The position numbers were made by a program, and so were the translations under genes. 64,000 nucleotides of DNA from the human T2T-CHM13v2.0 reference genome, Homo sapiens, in NCBI RefSeq assembly GCF_009914755.1, contig NC_060929.1; one strand, written 5' to 3'. The notes under the pieces are model-generated. The model made no database searches and was not told the origin of the DNA. It was given only the letters and a program-made list of their open reading frames with translations. The number at the start of each line of letters is the position of its first letter. Within the stretch, counting starts at the first letter, position 1. Shown here piece by piece: positions 23,803 through 36,592 of the stretch.

Positions 23803-26343
23803 ATCTTCACATAAAAAGTAGACCCAAGCATTCTCAGAAGGTCCTTTGTGATGTGTGCGTTCAACTCACAGACTTCAAACTTTCTTTTGATAGAGCAGTG
23901 TTGAAACACAGTTTTTGTAGAATCCACAAGTATTCATTTGGAGCGCTTTGTTGCCTATGTGGGAAAAAGGAATATCTTCACTTGAAAACTAGACAGAAGC
24001 ATTCTCTGAAACTCCTCTGTGAAGTGTGTGTTCAATTCACATCGTTGAACCTTTCTTTTGATGGAGCAGTGTTGAAACATACTTTTTGTAGAATCTGCAA
24101 GTGTCCATTTCGAGTTCTTTTGTGCGTATGTTGGAAAAAGTGATATCTTCACCTGAAAAATAGACAGAAGCATTCCAGAAACTGCTTTGTAACATGTGCA
24201 TTCAACTCACAGTGTTGAACCTTCCTTTTGAGAGAGCGGTTTTGAAACAGTCTTTTTGTAGTATCTGCAAGTGGATATTTGCAGTGATTTGAGGCCGAAG
24301 AAGGAAAAGGAAATACCTTCAAATAAAAAACTAGACGGAAGCATTTTCAGAAACTGCCTTGTGATGTGTGCATTCAACTCACAGAGTTGAACCTTCCTTT
24401 TGAGAGAGAAGTTTTGAAACAGTCTTTTTGTAGTATTTGCAAGTGGATATTTGGAGCGATTTGTGGAGTGTGGTGGAAAATGAAATATCTTCACATACAA
24501 ACTAGACAGAAGCATTCTCAGAAACTGCTTTGTGATGTGTGCATTTAAGTCACAGACTTGAAACTTCCTTTAGGTAGAGCAGTGTTGAAACACACTTTTT
24601 GTATAATCTACAAGTGTTCTTTGGAGTGCTTTGTTGCCTATGTTGGAAAAAGAAATATCTTCACATAAAAACTAGACAGAAGCATTCTCAGAAACTCCTT
24701 TGTGATGGGTGTGTTCAATTCACATTGTTGAACCTTTCTTTTGATACAGCAGTGTTGAAACAAACATTTTGTAGAATCTGCAAGTGTTCATTTCAAATGC
24801 TTTGTGGCCTATGTTGGAAAAAGTGATATCTTCACCTAAAAAATAGACAGAAGCATTCTCAGGAACTGCTTTGTAATATGTGCATTCAACTCACAGAGTT
24901 GAACCTTCCTTTTGAGAGAGCGGTTTTGAAACAATCTTTTTGTAGTATCTGCAAGTGGATATTTGGAGCGATTTGAGGTTTAAGAAGGAAAAGGAAGTAC
25001 CTTCAAATAAAAACTAGACAGAAGCTTTCTCAGAAACTGCTTTGTGATGTGTGCATTTAACTCAAAGTCTTGATCCTTAGTTTTGTTAGAGCAGTGTTGA
25101 AACACACTTTTTGTAGAACCTGGTAGTGTTCATTTGGAGAGATTTGTTGCCTATGGTGGAAAAAGGATTATCTTCTCTTAAAAACTAGACAGAAGCATTC
25201 TTAGAAACTGCTTTGTGATGTGTGTGTTCAATTCACAGAGTTGAAACTTTCCTTTGACAGAGCAGGTTTGAAACACTGCTTCTGTAGAATCTGCTTGTGG
25301 ATATTGGGAGCTCCTTGAGGAATACGTTGTAAAAGGCATATCTTCACATACAAACTAGACAGAAGCATTCTCAGAAACTGCTTTGTGATGTGTGCATTCA
25401 ACTCACAGAGTTGAACCTTCCATTTGAGAGAGCAGTGTTGAAACAGTCTTTTTGTAGTATCTTCAAGTGGATATTTGGAGCGATTTGAGGCCTATGATGG
25501 AAAAGGAAATATCTTCACATACAAACTAGACAGAAGCATTCTCAGAAACTGCTTTGTGATGTGTGCATTCAACCCACAGAGTTGAACCTTCCTTTTGAGA
25601 GAGCAGTGTTGAAACGGTCTTTTGTAGTATCTGCAAGTGGATATTTGGAGCGATTTGAGGCCTATGATGGAAAAGGAAATATCTTCACATACAAACTAGA
25701 CAGAAGCATTCTCAGAAACTGCTTTGTGATGTGTGCATTCAACCGACAGATTTGAACTTTCCTTTTGAGAGGGAGGTTTTGAAACAGTCTTTTTGTAGTA
25801 TCTGCAAGTGGATATTTGTAGTGACTTGGGGCCTCAGGTGGAAAAGGAAATACCTTCACATACAAAGTAGACAGAAGTATTCTCAGAAACTCCATTGTGA
25901 TGTGTGCACTCAACTCACAGAGTTGAACCTTCCTTTTGAGAGAGCAGTTTTGAAACAGTCTTTTTGTAACGTCTGCAGGTGGATATTTGGAGCGATTAGT
26001 GTAGTATGATGGAAAAGGAAATATCTTCACATACAAACTAAACAGAAGCATTCTCAGAAACTTCTTGTGATGTGTGCATTCACCTAACAGAGTGGAACCG
26101 TTCTTTTGATAGAGCAGTTTTGAATCAGTCTTTTGGTAGGACCTGCAAGTTTTCATTTGCAGCGCTTTGAAGCCCATGGTGGAAAAGGGACTATCTTCAC
26201 AAAAAACTAGGCAGAAGCCTTCTCAGGAACTTCATTGAGATGTGTGCATTCAACTAACAGAGTTGAAACTGTCTTTTGACAGAGGAGGAATGAAACACTC
26301 CTTTTGTAGTATCTGATTGTGTATATTTGGAACTCTTTGAGTT

Positions 26344-26360
26344 ATTCGTTGGAAACGGGT
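26344..26360 (+). promoter_or_regulatory. CENP-B box, intact
   Basis: ATTCGTTGGAAACGGGT. Confidence 0.93.
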
Positions 26361-28901
26361 ATCTTCACATAAAAAGTAGACCCAAGCATTCTCAGAAGGT
26401 CCTTTGTGATGTGTGCGTTCAACTCACAGACTTCAAACTTTCTTTTGATAGAGCAGTGTTGAAACACAGTTTTTGTAGAATCCACAAGTATTCATTTGGA
26501 GCGCTTTGTTGCCTATGTGGGAAAAAGGAATATCTTCACTTGAAAACTAGACAGAAGCATTCTCTGAAACTCCTCTGTGAAGTGTGTGTTCAATTCACAT
26601 CGTTGAACCTTTCTTTTGATGGAGCAGTGTTGAAACATACTTTTTGTAGAATCTGCAAGTGTCCATTTCGAGTTCTTTTGTGCGTATGTTGGAAAAAGTG
26701 ATATCTTCACCTGAAAAATAGACAGAAGCATTCCAGAAACTGCTTTGTAACATGTGCATTCAACTCACAGTGTTGAACCTTCCTTTTGAGAGAGCGGTTT
26801 TGAAACAGTCTTTTTGTAGTATCTGCAAGTGGATATTTGCAGTGATTTGAGGCCGAAGAAGGAAAAGGAAATACCTTCAAATAAAAAACTAGACGGAAGC
26901 ATTTTCAGAAACTGCCTTGTGATGTGTGCATTCAACTCACAGAGTTGAACCTTCCTTTTGAGAGAGAAGTTTTGAAACAGTCTTTTTGCAGTATTTGCAA
27001 GTGGATATTTGGAGCGATTTGTGGAGTATGGTGGAAAATGAAATATCTTCACATACAAAGTAGACAGAAGCATTCTCAGAAACTGCTTTGTGATGTGTGC
27101 ATTTAAGTCACAGACTTGAAACTTCCTTTAGGTACAGCAGTGTTGAAACACACTTTTTGTATAATCTACAAGTGTTCTTTGGAGTGCTTTGTTGCCTATG
27201 TTGGAAAAAGAAATATCTTCACATAAAAACTAGACAGAAGCATTCTCAAAAACTCCTTTGTGATGGGTGTGTTCAATTCACATTGTTGAACCTTTCTTTT
27301 GATACAGCAGTGTTGAAACAAACATTTTGTAGAATCTGCAAATGTTCATTTCAAATGCTTTGTGGCCTATGTTGGAAAAAGTGATATCTTCACCTAAAAA
27401 ATAGACAGAAGCATTCTCAGGAACTGCTTTGTAATATGTGCATTCAACTCACAGAGTTGAACCTTCCTTTTGAGAAGGCGGTTTTGAAACAGTCTTTTTG
27501 TAGTATCTGCAAGTGGATATTTGGAGCGATTTGAGGTCTAAGAAGGAAAAGGAAGTACCTTCAAATAAAAACTAGACAGAAGCTTTCTCAGAAACTGCTT
27601 TGTGATGTGTGCATTTAACTCAAAGTCTTGATCCTTACTTTTGTTAGAGCAGTGTTGAAACACACTTTTTGTAGAACCTGGTAGTGTTCATTTGGAGAGA
27701 TTTGTTGCCTATGGTGGAAAAAGGATTATCTTCTCTTAAAAACTAGACAGAAGCATTCTTAGAAACTGCTTTGTGATGTGTGTGTTCAATTCACAGAGTT
27801 GAAACTTTCCTTTGACATAGCAGGTTTGAAACACTGCTTCTGTAGAATCTGCTTGTGGATATTGGGAGCTCCTTGAGGAATACGTTGTAAAAGGCATATC
27901 TTCACATACAAACTAGACAGAAGCATTCTCAGAAACTGCTTTGTGATGTGTGCATTCAACTCACAGAGTTGAACCTTCCATTTGAGAGAGCAGTGTTGAA
28001 ACGGTCTTTTTGTAGTATCTTCAAGTGGATATTTGGAGCGATTTGAGGCCTATGATGGAAAAGGAAATATCTTCACATACAAACTAGACAGAAGCATTCT
28101 CAGAAACTGCTTTGTGATGTGTGCATTCAACCCACAGAGTTGAACCTTCCTTTTGAGAGAGCAGTGTTGAAACGGTCTTTTGTAGTATCTGCAAGTGGAT
28201 ATTTGGAGCGATTTGAGGCCTATGATGGAAAAGGAAATATCTTCACATACAAACTAGACCGAAGCATTCTCAGAAACTGCTTTGTGATGTGTGCATTCAA
28301 CCGACAGATTTGAACGTTCCTTTTGAGAGGGAGGTTTTGAAACAGTCTTTTTGTAGTATCTGCAAGTGGATATTTGTAGTGACTTGGGGACTCAGGTGGA
28401 AAAGGAAATACCTTCACATACAAAGTAGACAGAAGTATTCTCAGAAACTCCATTGTGATGTGTGCACTCAACTCACAGAGTTGAACCTTCCTTTTGAGAG
28501 AGCAGTTTTGAAACAGTCTTTTTGTAACGTCTGCAGGTGGATATTTGGAGCGATTCGACTAGTATGATGGAAAAGGAAATATCTTCACATACAAACTAAA
28601 CAGAAGCATTCTCAGAAACTTCTTGTGATGTGTGCATTCACCTAACAGAGTGGAACCGTTCTTTTGATAGAGCAGTTTTGAATCAGTCTTTTGGTAGGAC
28701 CTGCAAGTTTTCATTTGGAGCGCTTTGAAGCCCATGGTGGAAAAGGGACTATCTTCACAAAAAACTAGGCAGAAGCCTTCTCAGGAACTTCATTGAGATG
28801 TGTGCATTCAACTAACAGAGTTGAAACTGTCTTTTGACAGAGGAGGAATGAAACACTCCTTTTGTAGTATCTGATTGTGTATATTTGGAACTCTTTGAGT
28901 T

Positions 28902-28918
28902 ATTCGTTGGAAACGGGT
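28902..28918 (+). promoter_or_regulatory. CENP-B box, intact
   Basis: ATTCGTTGGAAACGGGT. Confidence 0.93.
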
Positions 28919-31459
28919 ATCTTCACATAAAAAGTAGACCCAAGCATTCTCAGAAGGTCCTTTGTGATGTGTGCGTTCAACTCACAGACTTCAAACTTTC
29001 TTTTGATAGAGCAGTGTTGAAACACAGTTTTTGTAGAATCCACAAGTATTCATTTGGAGCGCTTTGTTGCCTATGTGGGAAAAAGGAATATCTTCACTTG
29101 AAAACTAGACAGAAGCATTCTCTGAAACTCCTCTGTGAAGTGTGTGTTCAATTCACATCGTTGAACCTTTCTTTTGATGGAGCAGTGTTGAAACATACTT
29201 TTTGTAGAATCTGCAAGTGTCCATTTCGAGTTCTTTTGTGCGTATGTTGGAAAAAGTGATATCTTCACCTGAAAAATAGACAGAAGCATTCCAGAAACTG
29301 CTTTGTAACATGTGCATTCAACTCACAGTGTTGAACCTTCCTTTTGAGAGAGCGGTTTTGAAACAGTCTTTTTGTAGTATCTGCAAGTGGATATTTGCAG
29401 TGATTTGAGGCCGAAGAAGGAAAAGGAAATACCTTCAAATAAAAAACTAGACGGAAGCATTTTCAGAAACTGCCTTGTGATGTGTGCATTCAACTCACAG
29501 AGTTGAACCTTCCTTTTGAGAGAGAAGTTTTGAAACAGTCTTTTTGCAGTATTTGCAAGTGGATATATGGAGCGATTTGTGGAGTATGGTGGAAAATGAA
29601 ATATCTTCACATACAAAGTAGACAGAAGCATTCTCAGAAACTGCTTTGTGATGTGTGCATTTAAGTCACAGACTTGAAACTTCCTTTAGGTAGAGCAGTG
29701 TTGAAACACACTTTTTGTATAATCTACAAGTGTTCTTTGGAGTGCTTTGTTGCCTATGTTGGAAAAAGAAATATCTTCACATAAAAACTAGACAGAAGCA
29801 TTCTCAAAAACTCCTTTGTGATGGGTGTGTTCAATTCACATTGTTGAACCTTTCTTTTGATACAGCAGTGTTGAAACAAACATTTTGTAGAATCTGCAAA
29901 TGTTCATTTCAAATGCTTTGTGGCCTATGTTGGAAAAAGTGATATCTTCACCTAAAAAATAGACAGAAGCATTCTCAGGAACTGCTTTGTAATATGTGCA
30001 TTCAACTCACAGAGTTGAACCTTCCTTTTGAGAAGGCGGTTTTGAAACAGTCTTTTTGTAGTATCTGCAAGTGGATATTTGGAGCGATTTGAGGTCTAAG
30101 AAGGAAAAGGAAGTACCTTCAAATAAAAACTAGACAGAAGCTTTCTCAGAAACTGCTTTGTGATGTGTGCATTTAACTCAAAGTCTTGATCCTTACTTTT
30201 GTTAGAGCAGTGTTGAAACACACTTTTTGTAGAACCTGGTAGTGTTCATTTGGAGAGATTTGTTGCCTATGGTGGAAAAAGGATTATCTTCTCTTAAAAA
30301 CTAGACAGAAGCATTCTTAGAAACTGCTTTGTGATGTGTGTGTTCAATTCACAGAGTTGAAACTTTCCTTTGACATAGCAGGTTTGAAACACTGCTTCTG
30401 TAGAATCTGCTTGTGGATATTGGGAGCTCCTTGAGGAATACGTTGTAAAAGGCATATCTTCACATACAAACTAGACAGAAGCATTCTCAGAAACTGCCTT
30501 GTGATGTGTGCATTCAACTCACAGAGTTGAACCTTCCATTTGAGAGAGCAGTGTTGAAACGGTCTTTTTGTAGTATCTTCAAGTGGATATTTGGAGCGAT
30601 TTGAGGCCTATGATGGAAAAGGAAATATCTTCACATACAAACTAGACAGAAGCATTCTCAGAAACTGCTTTGTGATGTGTGCATTCAACCCACAGAGTTG
30701 AACCTTCCTTTTGAGAGAGCAGTGTTGAAACGGTCTTTTGTAGTATCTGCAAGTGGATATTTGGAGCGATTTGAGGCCTATGATGGAAAAGGAAATATCT
30801 TCACATACAAACTAGACCGAAGCATTCTCAGAAACTGCTTTGTGATGTGTGCATTCAACCGACAGATTTGAACGTTCCTTTTGAGAGGGAGGTTTTGAAA
30901 CAGTCTTTTTGTAGTATCTGCAAGTGGATATTTGTAGTGACTTGGGGACTCAGGTGGAAAAGGAAATACCTTCACATACAAAGTAGACAGAAGTATTCTC
31001 AGAAACTCCATTGTGATGTGTGCACTCAACTCACAGAGTTGAACCTTCCTTTTGAGAGAGCAGTTTTGAAACAGTCTTTTTGTAACGTCTGCAGGTGGAT
31101 ATTTGGAGCGATTCGACTAGTATGATGGAAAAGGAAATATCTTCACATACAAACTAAACAGAAGCATTCTCAGAAACTTCTTGTGATGTGTGCATTCACC
31201 TAACAGAGTGGAACCGTTCTTTTGATAGAGCAGTTTTGAATCAGTCTTTTGGTAGGACCTGCAAGTTTTCATTTGGAGCGCTTTGAAGCCCATGGTGGAA
31301 AAGGGACTATCTTCACAAAAAACTAGGCAGAAGCCTTCTCAGGAACTTCATTGAGATGTGTGCATTCAACTAACAGAGTTGAAACTGTCTTTTGACAGAG
31401 GAGGAATGAAACACTCCTTTTGTAGTATCTGATTGTGTATATTTGGAACTCTTTGAGTT

Positions 31460-31476
31460 ATTCGTTGGAAACGGGT
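31460..31476 (+). promoter_or_regulatory. CENP-B box, intact
   Basis: ATTCGTTGGAAACGGGT. Confidence 0.93.
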
Positions 31477-34017
31477 ATCTTCACATAAAAAGTAGACCCA
31501 AGCATTCTCAGAAGGTCCTTTGTGATGTGTGCGTTCAACTCACAGACTTCAAACTTTCTTTTGATAGAGCAGTGTTGAAACACAGTTTTTGTAGAATCCA
31601 CAAGTATTCATTTGGAGCGCTTTGTTGCCTATGTGGGAAAAAGGAATATCTTCACTTGAAAACTAGACAGAAGCATTCTCTGAAACTCCTCTGTGAAGTG
31701 TGTGTTCAATTCACATCGTTGAACCTTTCTTTTGATGGAGCAGTGTTGAAACATACTTTTTGTAGAATCTGCAAGTGTCCATTTCGAGTTCTTTTGTGCG
31801 TATGTTGGAAAAAGTGATATCTTCACCTGAAAAATAGACAGAAGCATTCCAGAAACTGCTTTGTAACATGTGCATTCAACTCACAGTGTTGAACCTTCCT
31901 TTTGAGAGAGCGGTTTTGAAACAGTCTTTTTGTAGTATCTGCAAGTGGATATTTGCAGTGATTTGAGGCCGAAGAAGGAAAAGGAAATACCTTCAAATAA
32001 AAAACTAGACGGAAGCATTTTCAGAAACTGCCTTGTGATGTGTGCATTCAACTCACAGAGTTGAACCTTCCTTTTGAGAGAGAAGTTTTGAAACAGTCTT
32101 TTTGCAGTATTTGCAAGTGGATATATGGAGCGATTTGTGGAGTATGGTGGAAAATGAAATATCTTCACATACAAAGTAGACAGAAGCATTCTCAGAAACT
32201 GCTTTGTGATGTGTGCATTTAAGTCACAGACTTGAAACTTCCTTTAGGTAGAGCAGTGTTGAAACACACTTTTTGTATAATCTACAAGTGTTCTTTGGAG
32301 TGCTTTGTTGCCTATGTTGGAAAAAGAAATATCTTCACATAAAAACTAGACAGAAGCATTCTCAAAAACTCCTTTGTGATGGGTGTGTTCAATTCACATT
32401 GTTGAACCTTTCTTTTGATACAGCAGTGTTGAAACAAACATTTTGTAGAATCTGCAAGTGTTCATTTCAAATGCTTTGTGGCCTATGTTGGAAAAAGTGA
32501 TATCTTCACCTAAAAAATAGACAGAAGCATTCTCAGGAACTGCTTTGTAATATGTGCATTCAACTCACAGAGTTGAACCTTCCTTTTGAGAAGGCGGTTT
32601 TGAAACAGTCTTTTTGTAGTATCTGCAAGTGGATATTTGGAGCGATTTGAGGTCTAAGAAGGAAAAGGAAGTACCTTCAAATAAAAACTAGACAGAAGCT
32701 TTCTCAGAAACTGCTTTGTGATGTGTGCATTTAACTCAAAGTCTTGATCCTTACTTTTGTTAGAGCAGTGTTGAAACACACTTTTTGTAGAACCTGGTAG
32801 TGTTCATTTGGAGAGATTTTTTGCCTATGGTGGAAAAAGGATTATCTTCTCTTAAAAACTAGACAGAAGCATTCTTAGAAACTGCTTTGTGATGTGTGTG
32901 TTCAATTCACAGAGTTGAAACTTTCCTTTGACATAGCAGGTTTGAAACACTGCTTCTGTAGAATCTGCTTGTGGATATTGGGAGCTCCTTGAGGAATACG
33001 TTGTAAAAGGCATATCTTCACATACAAACTAGACAGAAGCATTCTCAGAAACTGCTTTGTGATGTGTGCATTCAACTCACAGAGTTGAACCTTCCATTTG
33101 AGAGAGCAGTGTTGAAACGGTCTTTTTGTAGTATCTTCAAGTGGATATTTGGAGCGATTTGAGGCCTATGATGGAAAAGGAAATATCTTCACATACAAAC
33201 TAGACAGAAGCATTCTCAGAAACTGCTTTGTGATGTGTGCATTCAACCCACAGAGTTGAACCTTCCTTTTGAGAGAGCAGTGTTGAAACGGTCTTTTGTA
33301 GTATCTGCAAGTGGATATTTGGAGCGATTTGAGGCCTATGATGGAAAAGGAAATATCTTCACATACAAACTAGACAGAAGCATTCTCAGAAACTGCTTTG
33401 TGATGTGTGCATTCAACCGACAGATTTGAACGTTCCTTTTGAGAGGGAGGTTTTGAAACAGTCTTTTTGTAGTATCTGCAAGTGGATATTTGTAGTGACT
33501 TGGGGACTCAGGTGGAAAAGGAAATACCTTCACATACAAAGTAGACAGAAGTATTCTCAGAAACTCCATTGTGATGTGTGCACTCAACTCACAGAGTTGA
33601 ACCTTCCTTTTGAGAGAGCAGTTTTGAAACAGTCTTTTTGTAACGTCTGCAGGTGGATATTTGGAGCGATTCGAGTAGTATGATGGAAAAGGAAATATCT
33701 TCACATACAAACTAAACAGAAGCATTCTCAGAAACTTCTTGTGATGTGTGCATTCACCTAACAGAGTGGAACCGTTCTTTTGATAGAGCAGTTTTGAATC
33801 AGTCTTTTGGTAGGACCTGCAAGTTTTCATTTGGAGCGCTTTGAAGCCCATGGTGGAAAAGGGACTATCTTCACAAAAAACTAGGCAGAAGCCTTCTCAG
33901 GAACTTCATTGAGATGTGTGCATTCAACTAACAGAGTTGAAACTGTCTTTTGACAGAGGAGGAATGAAACACTCCTTTTGTAGTATCTGATTGTGTATAT
34001 TTGGAACTCTTTGAGTT

Positions 34018-34034
34018 ATTCGTTGGAAACGGGT
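34018..34034 (+). promoter_or_regulatory. CENP-B box, intact
   Basis: ATTCGTTGGAAACGGGT. Confidence 0.93.
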
Positions 34035-36575
34035 ATCTTCACATAAAAAGTAGACCCAAGCATTCTCAGAAGGTTCTTTGTGATGTGTGCGTTCAACTCA
34101 CAGACTTGAAACTTTCTTTTGATAGAGCAGTGTTGAAACACACTTTTTGTAGAATCCACAAGTATTCCTTTGGAGCGCTTTGTTGCCTGTGTGGGAAAAA
34201 GGAATATCTTCACTTAAAAACTAGACAGAAGCATTCTCTGAAACTCCTCTTTGAAGTGTGTGTTCAATTCACATCGTTGAACCTTTCTTTTGATAGAGCA
34301 GTGTTGAAACATACTTTTTGTAGAATCTGCAAGTGTCCATTTCGAGTTCTTTTGTGCGTATGATGGAAATAGTGATATCTTCACCTGAAAAATAGACAGA
34401 AGCATTCCAGAAACTGCTTTGTAACATGTGCATTCAACTCACAGTGTTGAACCTTCCTTTTGAGAGAGCGGTTTTGAAACAGTCTTTTTGTAGTATCTGC
34501 AAGTGGATATTTGCAGTGATTTGAGGCCGAAGAAGGAAAAGGAAATACTTTCAATAAAAAAACTAGACGGAATCATTTTCAGAAACTGCCTTGTGATGTG
34601 TGCATTCAACTCACAGAGTTGAACCTTCCTTTTGAGAGAGAAGTTTTGAAACAGTCTTTTTGTAGTATTTGCAAGTGGATATTTGGAGCGATTTGTGGAG
34701 TATGGTGGAAAATGAAATACCTTCACATACAAACTAGACAGAAGTATTGTCAGAAACTGCTTTGTGATGTGCGCATTTAAGTCACAGACTTGAAACTTCC
34801 TTTAGGTAGAGCAGTGTTGAAACACACTTTTTGTATAATCTACAAGTGTTCTTTGGAGTGCTTTGTTGCCTATGTTGGAAAAAGAAATATCTTCACATAA
34901 AAACTAGACAGAAGCATTCTCAGAAACTCCTTTGTGATGGGTTTGTTCAATTCACATTGTTGAACCTTTCTTTTGATACAGCAGTGTTGAAACAAACATT
35001 TTGTGGAATCTGCAAGTGTTCATTTCAAATGCTTTGTGACCTATGTTGGAAAAAGTGATATCTTCACCTAAAAAATAGACAGAAGCATTCTCAGGAACTG
35101 CTTTGTAATATGTGCATTCAACTCACAGAGTTGAACCTTCCTTTTGAGAAGGCGGTTTTGAAACAGTCTTTTTGTAGTATCTGCAAGTGGATATTTGCAG
35201 CGATTTGAGGTCTAAGAAGGAAAAGGAAGTACCTTCAAATAAAAACTAGACAGAAGCTTTCTCAGAAACTGCTTTGTGATGTGTGCATTTAACTCAAAGT
35301 CTTGATCCTTACTTTTGTTAGAGCAGTGTTGAAACACACTTTTTGTAGAACCTGGTAGTGTTCATTTGGAGAGGTTTGTTGCCTATGGTGGAAAAAGGAT
35401 TATCTTCTCTTAAAAACTAGACAGAAGCATTCTTAGAAACTGCTTTGTGATGTGTGTGTTCAATTCACAGAGTTGAAACTTTCCTTTGACAGAGCAGGTT
35501 TGAAACACTGCTTCTGTAGAATCTGCTTGTGGATATTGGGAGCTCCTTGAGGAATACGTTGTAAAAGGCATATCTTCACATACAAACTAGACAGAAGCAT
35601 TCTCAGAAACTGCTTTGTGATGTGTGCATTCAACTCACAGAGTTGAACCTTCCATTTGAGAGAGCAGTGTTGAAACGGTCTTTTTGTAGTATCTTCAAGT
35701 GGATATTTGGAGAGATTTGATGCCTATGATGGAAAAGGAAATATCTTCACATACAAACTAGACAGAAGCATTCTCAGAAACTGCTTTGTGATGTGTGCAT
35801 TCAACCCACAGAGTTGAACCTTCCTTTTGAGAGAGCAGTGTTGAAACGGTCTTTTGTAGTATCTGCAAGTGGATATTTGGAGCGATTTGAGGCCTATGAT
35901 GGAAAAGGAAATATCTTCACATACAAACTAGACAGAAGCATTCTCAGAAACTGCTTTGTGATGTGTGCATTCAACCGACAGATTTGAACGTTCCTTTTGA
36001 GAGGGAGGTTTTGAAACACTCTTTTTGTAGTATCTGCAAGTGGATATTTGTAGTGACTTGGGGCCTCAGGTGGAAAAGGAAATACCTTCACATACAAAGT
36101 AGACAGAAGTATTCTCAGAAACTCCATTGTGATGTGTGCACTCAACTCACAGAGTTGAACCTTCCTTTTGAGAGAGCAGTTTTGAAACCGTCTTTTTGTA
36201 ACGTCTGCAGGTGGATATTTGGAGCGATTCGAGTACTATGATGGAAAAGGAAATATCTTCACATACAAACTAAACAGAAGCATTCTCAGAAACTTCTTGT
36301 GATGTGTGCATTCACCTAACAGAGTGGAACCGTTCTTTTGATAGAGCAGTTTTGAATCAGTCTTTTGGTAGGACCTGCAAGTTTTCATTTGGAGCGCTTT
36401 GAAGCCCATGGTGGAAAAGGGACTATCTTCACAAAAAACTAGGCAGAAGCCTTCTCAGGAACTTCATTGAGATGTGTGCATTCAACTAACAGAGTTGAAA
36501 CTGTCTTTTGACAGAGGAGGAATGAAACACTCCTTTTGTAGTATCTGATTGTGTATATTTGGAACTCTTTGAGTT

Positions 36576-36592
36576 ATTCGTTGGAAACGGGT
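36576..36592 (+). promoter_or_regulatory. CENP-B box, intact
   Basis: ATTCGTTGGAAACGGGT. Confidence 0.93.

Larger units (their letters stand above)
12400..27400 (+). repeat. 7504-bp (44-monomer) tandem duplication, two copies; breakpoints approximate (within about 300 bp)
   Basis: Private variants recur at exactly +7504 (ORF-track variant pairs 12701/20205, 13707/21211, 14304/21808, 16703/24207, 19261/26765). 7504 = 2388 + 2x2558. Confidence 0.85.
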
